Notes under the pieces: generated by a model | What the model saw: the letters and a program-made list of their open reading frames with translations, nothing else | Told to the model about the DNA's origin: nothing | Databases searched by the model: none | Shown: positions 41,704 to 52,893 of the stretch, one piece after another | Numbering within the stretch: position 1 is the first letter of the stretch | How the letters are laid out: each line of letters opens with the position of its first letter | Made by a program: the position numbers and the translations under genes | NCBI GenBank assembly: GCA_028534125.1 | Contig: CM052817.1 | Location: 77,502,001 to 77,566,000 of the forward strand | Reading direction: 5' to 3' | DNA from: Lama glama | Lineage: Eukaryota | Length of the DNA stretch: 64,000 bases

Positions 41704-44700
41704 TGTAGGAGAGGAACAATTTTCCTCTACCCTCTTTGGGTCTCCAGCTGGGCCTGAGAATTAAACTGAGGTAAGACAGATTAACAGAAGAAAAAGATAC
41801 AGGTTTTACTTATTTATTTTTACACGTACATGGGAACCTTCACAAGAGTGAAGACCTGAAGAAGTCAGGACACAAAGCTTTTATCTTTTTTAGTAAAAGA
41901 AATAACTAAGACAAAGGAGTTTGGGCTAAGGGTAGTAAGTTGTGGATAAATGACTAGGGAAAAAAAGTTAGTTTAACAAGGTTTGTTTGTATGGATTTCT
42001 TAGTCTGATTTCCCGTCTCTGGCGATAAAAATGTTTTCTTCCGGTGTAGGGAGGGCATCTTTTACTTGGCAGTTTTATCTTTTGCTTTCAGTAAGAAAAA
42101 GGAAGGTCAGAGTGCCCTTCTTGCACCTGCTGTTTTCTCAGGTGCCTTTAACTCAAAACAATCAGTATGCCAGAGTGACATATTTTGGAGTGACACGTTC
42201 TGAACTCCTTAATTTCCCCTGTCTGAAACTTCCCTAGAAGTTTCACATAAAAGCTGAGTTGGGAGCTGTGGAGAGAAGAATTAGGTTAGCAACTGAGTGG
42301 CAAGGAATCTGCAAAGGGGGAGAAGAACATAGATTAGAATGAGGATGAGAAAAAAAGAAAGTAACAAATCTAAGCACATTTCCCCATATCCCATTAAATT
42401 AAATCTATCTCTAGGAATAGATGAGTCCAATAGAATGGCTGAACCTCATTGATGGAGACTCTGTCTCGTCCTTCAGAATGTGCAGATTAGACACTATTTG
42501 TCCCAAGTGATTTACATAAAAGCAGCATTCTTCACCAGTGACCTCACAAGCTTCTCCTCAGGCTGTCAGTGTCTCCAGGGCAAGGTGATTTTGGAGTCCA
42601 ACAGAGGCTAAGCTATTAGCTTTTAATTAAAAGGCTTCCAATATTTGCACAATAATGTTGAACTCTTGTTCTGTTACTATGGAAAGATTGAGAACAATTT
42701 TTCCAACTCATAAGCTCCAAGGCCTAGAAAAAAGAGATCTCAGTACTGAAAAGAACTTAGAATTGTGATACACAAGCCAGTTTTCTATAACATCTCACCT
42801 AGTGTGTTTATGTGGCACTGCTTTATGAGTGAAGGAGCCTAAGTGTATAATTTGGCTAGCATTTAAGGTGAAGTACCTCGTAATAGAGGGTGTCAGGAGT
42901 TTGTGTCCGTATAGTTCTGACCATCCAGGTAGGAACTTGTCATATACATGATCTCACGTAAAATAAAAACACCAATTATCATTCAAAGATCAGATCAGAT
43001 TGGAACTTGTGAGGTCCTAGTTGGGGTTTAGTGTGTCTTGTCACCTGTTAGGTTGGCATCTGTACATCTCCATCCTCTGTGTATTCCTGTCAGTCTGTAG
43101 GAGCAGAACAGGTTGTGAAATATCTGATACAGGAGGCCTACGGTTAGGCCTTAACAGCTATAATGCTTGCTTGTTTGTTTGTTTGTTTGTTTGTTCGTTC
43201 TTACCTCATCAACTTAGTCTGAATTTTTGGTCTACCTATATGTAATCTTTGGTCTTTGACAGCTAATTAGGGGAGCAGCTGAGCTAGCCCAGGCTACACA
43301 AAGGTGGCTTAGGAGTCAGCCATAACACCTGGTGATTTGACAGGTGTCCACACCATACAAGTCAGTGCTGAGACTATTTATGCCTTCAGGAAGGCTTGAG
43401 GATGCTGTCTGTGGAATCAGACCTTAGTATGTCACCTAGGAAAGGTCCAGTACCATGCCTGTTATCAATTCAAATGGAAAAATTCCCTTTTAACATCTCT
43501 ACCTGAGCAGAGGACAGTCCTTGAGCTTCCATAGAGGTTTTTCTGTGTCCAGTTAACTCACTGAAAGAAGAAGAGTAACATTGTTTTCTTGATCGTGGCT
43601 GCCATTGCTCATCAAGCATTCATTTCCAGAGTTGGTCCACCAGGGCTCGGGCTGGCAAGAACAAAAATTATTTCAGGTTCTTTTGCATGACCTAGATGTT
43701 GACATGGCCAGCAATCACATTGATTAGTTATTGTGGCCAAGGTTTGGAAAACTAGTGGAGGCAGGGTGTCCGGTTTGTGCTTGATCTGTTGAGAAAACAG
43801 TAAGAGCTAATAAGAGTGAAGACATGGTTGAGAGAGCCTGCAGTGGAGGATCAGAGGGAAAATAGAATAGATGGAGACAAGCAATCTCCAGTTAGCCTTT
43901 TAATAAATAGCTAAAGAAAAGGAAGGCTTTGTTAAAAGGAAGATTTAAAAAAAATTTCCCTCTGGGTATAGGGAGACCCACTAGAGGGAAAAAATAGGTG
44001 AAAGTGAAGTTTCTTGATCTCTGATCTTGGAGAAAACTTCATGATTTTATCTGCTTCTGGGGCCTGGGAACCCTTAGTTTAAGTTCACCTTAGGGATGGT
44101 CTTCCAGTTGTCCTGGGAGTGCTGCTCTGGGTCAAAGGTGACATGGCTCGTGTTAATCCAGGAGAATTCTCCCTTTATTTCAGTGGCAGTGTACGTGGTT
44201 AGCAGTTTGTAAGGGCCTTCCCAGCAAGGTGACAATGCGTGCTTTCTTCTAAAAACCTTGATTCACACCCCATCTCCTGGTCAAAAGTGATAGGAAAGCT
44301 TGCCAATTAGTGAATGCCTTGCCCTTTTTACCTGTAGTTCCTGTATATAACTAGCTAAGCATCAAATTGTTCACTTGAGTCTCTGTACTGTTCTGTGAAT
44401 CCAGGAATGGAAGGTTTAGGGATGCCAGTAGGCATAATGTGATCAAATACTGTTTCGAAAGGGGTTAATCCATGTCTTCTTTGGAGTATTCTGGATTTTT
44501 ATAAGGGCCAGAGGTAGTGCTTCTGGCTATTAAGTCAAATCTCTTGACAGACTTTTCCCAAAGTCTTTTTTATGCCTGGATTTTTATGTTCTCTTTTTAC
44601 TCTGAGGATTGGGCATAGTACATGGTATGAAATTTTAGCGAGTACCCCCAAATTTTTGCAAGCAAGTGGTTTATTTCTGCTGTAAAATGAGTTCCTTGGT

Positions 44701-44915
44701 CTGACTCAATCCATAAAGGAATACCCAAATGAGAAATAATCTCAGTTATTAAATTCTTTACCACTGTGTGGCTTCAGCATGTCTAGTCGAATGGCATTTA
44801 GTTCACTAAATACACAGGCAGGAAATCATCACTGGGAATAGCCTAAAGCTGGAGGTAAATCTGTGGACTCCATGTGAAGTGCTGCAAGGGACAGTGTGGT
44901 AGAGGAGAATATTTC
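41704..44915 (-). mobile_element. Degenerate ERV1 (MER34-like) provirus 3' half: integrase, env, PPT, 3' LTR (41704-~42212)
   Basis: LTR ends ...CCTCTCCTACA and starts with a MER34-type CAGAACGTGTCACTCCAAAATATGTCACTCTGGCAT; purine tract AGGGGAAA just upstream; env TM LQNHLALETLTA*GEACEVTGEECCFY at ~42510-42620; integrase GIPLWIESDQGTHFTA (~44680-44730) and WEGPY (~44210-44225). Confidence 0.85.
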
Positions 44916-44919
44916 CTCG

Positions 44920-45525
44920 CCTGCAGCTGCTGACAAGGTTGGGTGTTACTGACTAGGTACTTCACCCTGCAGGGCTGCAGCTGCTGAGAGATCCTGGGAC
45001 CTCTAACATAAGCCGGCAGAAGAGACGAATTCTACCAGTCGGTCTCCCAGATCTCTGCCTGCAGTATCCAGTCAACCCAAGAATGGTAAGAGTCTCTCTT
45101 TGTCTTTTTCCTTTCTAAATTTAGGTTGGCAGGAGGAAGCATTTGTGTGAACCACTCTTTCGGATTATAGGGACTCTGGTGTTTTCTGCTGTGAGTACTG
45201 TTCTCTTTCTAATGGCTGTAGAGAAAGAAAAGCTTAAAAAACAATCTCCCTAGACCCCAGCACCCTCGGAGGGTACATTTTCCCCCTTTTGAGGGACAAT
45301 ACTCCATCAAATGATAGGGTCAGCTGGCCCCCAGTCCCACCCCAGAGCTCACCATTAAACTTAACAGTAGAGGATTAGAAACTGGACTTCTTAATTGACA
45401 CTGGTGCACATTTACAGTCCAGAGGCTTTATCTCTACCTATCACCTCTGATTCTATTCAAGCTGTCGGATTCTCTGGGCAATCTGTTTTACTGTCCATAT
45501 CTCATGCCACCCCAGTAGACTCAGG
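44920..45525 (+). mobile_element. ERV internal fragment (leader-like sequence plus protease) in opposite orientation
   Basis: Retroviral aspartic protease motif LDFLIDTGA at 45382-45408 on the + strand, followed by QAVGFSGQ. Confidence 0.7.
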
Positions 45526-47654
45526 ACTTCAATTTTTTTTTCTCTTCTGTCATTACTGCTTTACATACCTATGATAGTTTTCTTTGACAGTTGTACCGTC
45601 ATCAAAACGAATAGCTATTTGTTGCAGCTTCTCTTTTAGCTTCATCTTGGCCTTTAGCAGTTCCCATCCATATACCCCACTATTAATCTGTCTCTGCGCC
45701 ACTCAGCCAGCCTAGTGCCCAGCAAACACCCTTTGCTCCATCCAGATTGCTTTCTTCCTTCTTCCTCATGGAAACTGTTCTCTTGGCCTTTGGGCCTTGG
45801 TGCATGTTGTTCTCACTAAACTGTAATGCTTCCCCACCTGTCCTAATCTTACCTGTCCTTTTTCATTTCAAACACCAACTTCAGAAAGTTTTCCTCACTA
45901 CAATTCACCCTGATCTCTCCATTTGTAGTATTTTTGATACACCAATTGCATAAAGTTCAGATTAACTCATCTCCAACTATTTCAGATGTCATGCTTTCCT
46001 GCTGGGGAGAGAGTTATCTTCTGAAGACCGGGCAGTGAAGCATTTGTTCCCGTAGCTTTGGCCTTTCTTCCGTATTAGTTACCCTCACCATTCTTTAACA
46101 GCCACCTGTTGATGAAGCTGTTTGTTGGTCATTTTTCAAAATTTCTCTACCTTCAGCTTGAAAAACAATGACATTTTCTTGACATATTCTTTGGTACATT
46201 GGCTTGCTTTGTAGCACAATTTTATGTGATCTGTCTTCCCTATCAGAGTATTAAATACTCTTTAGGAGGGAGACTATATTTTTATATAGTCTTCAAACAG
46301 TACTTTGAATGTGTAAGAAATTACATTTTTGTTCAGTTATATTTTGTTGTATTCTGCAACCATTAATAGAATTTTGGTCAAAAAATACTTGGTGCATTAT
46401 CGCTTTTGTAACATAATAGTGTAATGATACAACTAAGATCTACCACTACTGGTCTACCAGTCTCAGTGGGGATACTTTCTGAGGTTTTCTTAGTCTAGTA
46501 ATGGTTATACACTAATCCTGTCCCCTGTTTTGGATTTCTTGTCTTTAATTTCAGTACATACTCTTTGAATGCCTACGTGTGTAAGGCACCGTCTGAGGAG
46601 CTACAGGAGATAGAGATGCAGTAGTCATCAAATTTAATAGAATTACTGACTGAGGACATCTCACAGACATAGGATATTCAGACACTCTGTCCAGGGCCCT
46701 GGGTTTCTGCATCATGGTTTAGGTGTCAGGTAGGCTGAGCAGGACTGGCTGTAAATAAACTGCCTATACTCTTCCCCATATCTACTTGCAGACTTCAACC
46801 ATAAGAGCTCAGTTTTGTTTACTTTATACTTTAGGGTTTCATAAAATATTTTATTTCAAAATAAAGAAGGTATTCTGCTTCTTTTTGAAGTTTAAAAAGA
46901 ACTTCAGTACGGTTGGTAGGCATAGATGACAAAGATGTTGAAATGCGCAGCCTTGAAATCTCATTGTGCTAATCAACAGAGCAATCAACCTGATTTTGTT
47001 TTACTGAAAGCTGTTAGAGGGACAGTCATTGAGATTGAAAGGTTAGTCAATACATGAGATGTCTATTTTCCCATAAAGTTATAGGCTTCCAAGAGTAGAC
47101 ATGACAATATTAACATAGGCACAAACTGGAATAATCGTGTTGAGTAAATGGATGCCAAGGTGATAGCTGCTATATATAAAATATTAACCCGTGTTACACT
47201 TATTTTATATAAGCATGAGAAATGTCAGTGTGTTAACAGCAGTTAACTCTGGGAGATAGGATCACAGATCATTTTATTCTTTGTATGTTTTCACAAGGGA
47301 AGTTGGGAAGAAAGATTTTTGAAATCAGTTAGAGCAAGCAAGAGGTAGTTTAGTTCAAAATTATTATTTAACCATTTCTAACATCAGATCACAGGCACGA
47401 GGCACATGAGTATCAGGGGATTATAATCATTTCTAACAGCTTTTCAAACTGTAGTTCGTGGAGTTCTATGTTTCCTTAGGGAAAATTTAGGGACTAACAT
47501 AGAGGAGATAGATGCAAGGAGTGAGGCTTCAAATCACTACTGGAAGAGCTCAGCTTTTACGTTCATATTTATAAATATACCCCATTAGAAAACGGATTTT
47601 TGGATATTTTTTTTCCTGCTCTGGTGAGAGTTCTGTCGAAAAGTCACCTTGGGA

Positions 47655-48390
47655 GACCTGTGTTCAAAATGGTGGAGTAGGTAACTCCACGCCTCTGTCC
47701 CTCCACAGAAATATTGAAAAATAAGCCAAAACTATCTGAAACAAGTCTGTCGAATCTCTGGGAAACAGTCAAATGTTTACAGAAACCAAGCAAACCCTGA
47801 ATCAAAACATATGAAGAAGACATAGATGGAATTAAAGGGAGAAATAGACAGATCTACAATAATAATTGAAAAATTTAATACCCCACTTTCAATAATGGGG
47901 AAAATATCTAGACAGAGATCAATAAGGAAACAGAGAACTTTCAGACAAAGAAAGACAAATACTGTATGATATCACTTATATGTACAATCTAAAAAGGAAA
48001 ACAAACTAGTGAATATAGCAAAAAAGAAACAGACTCACATGTATAGATAATGAACTAGTGGTTACCAGAGGGAAGAGAGAAGAGTGGAGGGGCAGGATAG
48101 GAGTTGTGGATTAAGAGGTACAGACTACTATGTATAAAATAAATGAGCTACAAGGATGTATTGTGCTACACAGAGCACATAGCCAATATTTTATAACAAA
48201 TATAAGTGGAGTATATAGCCTTTAAAAATTGTAAATCACTGTGTTGTACCCCTGAATCATATAGTATTGTAAATCAACTATACCTCAATAAAAAAAGAAA
48301 AGAAAATTGAGGACTTGCACAACACTGTAAACCAATGAGACCTAACAGACATATATAGACGACTTCACACAAGAACTGCAGAGTACAGCC
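47655..48390 (+). mobile_element. Old L1 fragments interrupted by a younger L1 3' end (~47942-48297)
   Basis: L1 5'-like CAAAATGGTGGAGTAG; ORF2 endonuclease-like sequence split by an L1 3' UTR with A tail; degenerate TSD AAGGAAACAGAGAACTT / AAGAAAATTGAGGACTT. Confidence 0.7.
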
Positions 48391-49119
48391 CATCAATTGG
48401 TAATCCAGGCAGACTAAAACAGAGAGTATATTGACTTTAGAAACTGGGAGGAGTAAAGTTCACAAACTGTTCAACGTTACCACCTCACAAAATAATCCTG
48501 CACAAATTCCAGCTCAAAATAAACGAAGAAGCTTGAAGCTGTTGCTTGTTTCGTAACACTCATTCAGTTGTACAACTCTGCTCTTCCTAAGCTAGCAACT
48601 CCAAGTTCTCATAGAATGTGTTGATTAAAGTCTTTGTATTGTACACCCCAGAAACTCATAAATTTAAGTCCAGGACTGTTTTAAGACTGTCATGAGTGCA
48701 CGGATCAGAACCCAGGGCTTTTACTCTGTTACCATGTAAGCCGTAACCAGAATGGCTCATTCCCCCCACTTCTTTCAGGTTGTTGCTCAAGCGTCACATA
48801 CTCAGGTTACTTTCCTGACCGCCCTATTTAAAATTGTACTCACGGTCTCACCCCTAGCATCCTCATCCCTCTTCCTGGCCTTGTTTTCTACATAGCGTTT
48901 ATCTAATGTACTTTACATTTTACCTTTTCCTCCTTTATGTTATCTGCATCCCCCTCCCTGGCGACAGGGATTTTTGGTCTGTCTGCTTCACTGTTGTATT
49001 TCTGACACCAAGATCAGCACCTGTATCTAATAAATGTTTAATAAGTACTTGTTGAATCATACTTTGCAAGAAAATTTACCTACATAATGATGCGAAATAA
49101 AATTGAATTTGGACTCTAG

Positions 49120-49350
49120 AACATATAGTCTCTAGAACTAGACTGTTTGGGTTCAAATCCTGGTTCAGCCACCTACTGGCTGTTGACCTTTGGCCAAGTT
49201 ACATGACCTCTCTTTGCCTCAGTTACCTCATGTGTAAAATGACAGTAGTATCACTAGGTCTTATTTACAGAGTTGTGAGGAGTAATACGAGTTGATTTTT
49301 ATGAAGCATTTTGAACAATACCTGGCTTTTTGTAAACACTGTATGTGTTA
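49120..49350 (+). mobile_element. MIR SINE (other MIR copies near 1130, 7130, 57120, 61560)
   Basis: MIR core GGGTTCAAATCCTGG...GCCTCAGTTACCTCATGTGTAAAATG. Confidence 0.7.
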
Positions 49351-50062
49351 CCTTGTGTGGTAGTAATAGTGTCATTGAACTGCATCCAAATTAGTGCTGT
49401 TTTGTGGATAAAACATTTATTTAGTTTTTACAATTTGCTCTTTGTGTTTGGAGCCAATTTATACTTTGAAGATTTTGTAGGCCTTAGGAAGTAGCCTTTT
49501 CATCTATGGTTACAGATGAAAATAAGGATGAAAAGAATCTCAAATGTACACTAGGCCTCTTAGAATTCAGGAAAGACCATATCATCAGGCATGTTAGCCA
49601 AGACAGGCCGACAGAAAATATAATTGAAGATACTATGTGTTTCTATGAGAACTTAACACTACTTCTTTGTAATGCCCATCACAATTGTTTCTACTTTTAA
49701 TGTCGGTCTTCAGCCTCTAGATTCTACTCTTTTAAGCTGGATTCAAAGCTCCATGGGACAAAATAGATTTTTCTTGTTTGCTACAAAAACTCATGTTATA
49801 CTTGTCACATAGCAGATGCTTAATTCATATATGGTTAAAGAAATATGTACCCTTGGCCACTCAGGATCCAAGGATGCTGTAGTGAACAAGTTATATTTTT
49901 ATTCACCAGCTGGACAGATTCATTATTTCCATCTCTAAGAACCTATCGCTTCACCCTCTTTTCTTCTATCCGGTTTCTGTTTCCTAGAACTCACCGGGAG
50001 CCCTTTTGCCTCATGGCCTCTGTTGTCTGCCTTTCCCTCTGTGCCCTTCTCCTTTTGCCCAT

Positions 50063-50592
50063 TGTTAGGGAGGAAGATATTTTCCTCTCCCCTCCTAGGT
50101 TCTTTTGACTGGTCTAAGAATTAAACTGACTTGAGAAAATCAAACAAAAGTTAAATAACATGTATACATGAGAGACCCAGGAAAACTGAGTAACTTGCCA
50201 AAATGGCCAAAACCCTCCCCTTAAATATTATCTTCAGCTGGTGACAAAAGAGACCATTGAGGGTAGTGGTTTGGGAATTCAAAGGGAGGAAAAGCAATTC
50301 TCCTAAAGATGGAAAAGCAAATGTGTGGTAAATAAATGTTTCTTGGGCCAAGCTGAGAAAATGGGACAGTGAGTGGGCTCTGATCTCTAGGCTCTGCTGA
50401 GTTTCCCCTACCATACCTAGCCCATATTCTTTGCAGATATTTCTGGAACGAGCCCTATTTTTAAATATTTTAGGAAGCTAAGAATGAGGGAGAAAGGAAG
50501 ACTTCCTCAGTTTTCTGTTTCTTAAAAATAACCTAAATTAATGATCATGCCCAAGAGATACATTTGGGGTAGGCAAATTTTGTTGCCCTACA
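50063..50592 (-). mobile_element. Solo ERV1 LTR (MER34-related), 530 bp
   Basis: TG...CA termini, 4-bp TSD CCAT at 50059-50062 and 50593-50596; shares terminal motifs (GAATTAAACTGA, ATTTTCCTCT.CCC) with the LTR at 41704. Confidence 0.8.
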
Positions 50593-52335
50593 CCATCATT
50601 ACTAACTGATGACTTTTCTTGTATGTATTAAAGTGAAAATTCTCAAGAGAGAGGACCTAACTGGTTTAACTAATTAGAATTATCGGTCTTGGACAAAGTT
50701 CTCACTTTGTAGGCTGTTCTCAAGTCTATATAGATTTGCTGCCCTTGGATCAGGTGCCTAAGCTGATACGGGCTGATAGGGTTGATCTGGTTCAGAGTAA
50801 GATTATCTGTGATCTGGTTCAGAACAAGAGTATAAGAACAGCTGGAGGTGATGCCCTCAGCAGAGCTTCTGTGTTTCAGTTCTCAAAATGCAGGATGGGG
50901 AAGGCTGGCTTGCTGAGGCTAGGCTGTCCAGCATGCCCCATTCATTCACTCCTCTGCAATGATTAATGTTCACTATGTGTTAGAGGGATATGGGGGGAGG
51001 GGTGTAGGTGTTATGACTCTATCTCTGCCCTCATGGAGCTCACAGACTAGAGGAGACAGACCAGCAAACCGAATACAGAAAAATGGTACGATAGGTAAGC
51101 ACGTTGTGCTCTGGGAATGCCCTCAGTGGGGACTGGGAGTGTGAAACAAACACCGTCCTCACTCAGGCGTTTCTACTCTAAGGATATGTTAGGAGAAATT
51201 CAGTGCCCACTTGTGTCCCTTGACATCCTTGTTATCTTGATGGCTTGTTAAAAAAATATCTGAAACCAAACAAGAAATGGCACTCCGTGTATACTCCTTT
51301 ACCTAAAGGACTTTCTCGTGTTTGCTTTTGCGTGGTAGGAGAGTCCTGTTCTTTGGCTCTCAGATGTTTTCTCCAGTGAGTGTAGTGAGTGTATCAGAAT
51401 TGTTGGAAGGGAACCAGTTGCACTACCTGTAATCTAAGGCATGTGGCCTTGAAACTGGGCTGAGATCCTGGGAGAGCATCCTTGCCTTTCTTTAGATTTC
51501 TACCACTCTTCTCCCTTCCCAGCAGTCCTAACCACTAATTGCTGGACAAGCATTTAAGTTCCCTCTTTTCTTCCTGATATCACAGAAGGGAGGACTTTGG
51601 TAACCCTTCATTCTAGTGAAATTCTCAGTGGGGGAGCATATGGATGAGAGAAGCCCCCTGGAACACTGTTCTTTATCCGGGACTATTAATTTGCTCCGTG
51701 CCCCTAACTTCATCTTCTCCCACTGCCTTGCCTACTCTTCTCTTCCAGTCAATTCTTTAGTAATGTCTGTTACAGCCAATAGTGTGAACTTGGGCCTGAA
51801 CATCCTAGTCATACACCACCCCATGTATTAGCACACACTGCACGGAAGTGTAACCCTACCCCTAAATGACCATCCAGTTTTGAAGACAGTGATGCTGTTC
51901 TGGGTGTTCTGACTCAAACCCAGGATGAACCTGAGATCCTGAATCTGTTTGATGAAGTTCTTAGTTACTTAAGTATCTCTACCAGTGGTAGGCATCCTTG
52001 AGTACCTGATGCCTGGCACTTAGTACTTTTTAAAAATTATTTTTCATTGAAGAAATGAAAGCAGCTTTAGGGAATTGTTCAGGAAAACAGAAAAGGAGTC
52101 TTTGTATTACCTCTGATTATTATGGAAGTTGGAACTCCGGAAACGTTTAATAATTATTTCAGGCTTCACAATATTAGAATGTCAAACCTTTCTGGAACAC
52201 CCCTCTAGATTCTGAAATGTGAAGACCTTGCTTTGGAAATCTTTGAAAGAATTCATGTCATTGACCAGTAGATGGCAGTCTTACGCTGTTGTTCAGGGAA
52301 AGCCAGGCGCAGCAGAAGATAAACATTTCAGGATA

Positions 52336-52543
52336 CAGTTGACCCTTGAACAACACAGATTCGAATTGCACGGGTCCACTCGTACATGGATTTTTTTTCA
52401 GTAAGTATACACTACACGACTGGTTGGTTGAATCCATGATGCAGAATTGCAGATACTGAGGGCCAACTGCAAAGTAATACTTGGATTTTCAATCTGGAAG
52501 AGGGTGGTGCCCCTACACCCCACTGTTGTTCAGGAGTCAGCTG
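52336..52543 (+). mobile_element. Tigger1-derived internally deleted element
   Basis: TIRs CAGTTGACCCTTGAACAAC / GTTGTTCAGGAGTCAGCTG, preceded by TA. Confidence 0.8.
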
Positions 52544-52731
52544 TGCTGTCCATCCATCATCTTCCCTCCCTCCTGATCCCCACAAACCCCCTCCCACTTC
52601 CATTCTACCCCAGACAACTCTCTCACCCACCTAATCACCTCTCTTCAGGTGCTCAGGGATGAACTGCTGCCGGTCTCTAGTTACTCGGAGAAAAATATCT
52701 TTTATACTTGTTTATAGTCATCTCATAGGAA

Positions 52732-52893
52732 CAAGACTGGCTACATAATTTGCAAGACCCAGTATAAAATGAAAATGCAGGGCTCCTTGTTCAAAATTAA
52801 TTGAGAATTTTAAAACACTAACAGCAGAGCATTAAATCAAGCACACAACCCTTCTGAGCCTGCATAGGTCACACACCCATGAAGCCAGCCATG
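52732..52893 (+). mobile_element. MER45-like hAT element
   Basis: CATAATTTGCAAGACCCAGTATAAAATGAAAATGCAGGGC...CCCATGAAGCCAGCC. Confidence 0.6.

Noticed and set aside
41704..50592. One ~8.9-kb provirus bounded by the two LTRs
   Set aside because: The 50-kb LTR has its own CCAT TSD on both sides, its middle differs from the first LTR, and 45.5-50 kb contains L1/L2/MIR rather than retroviral sequence.
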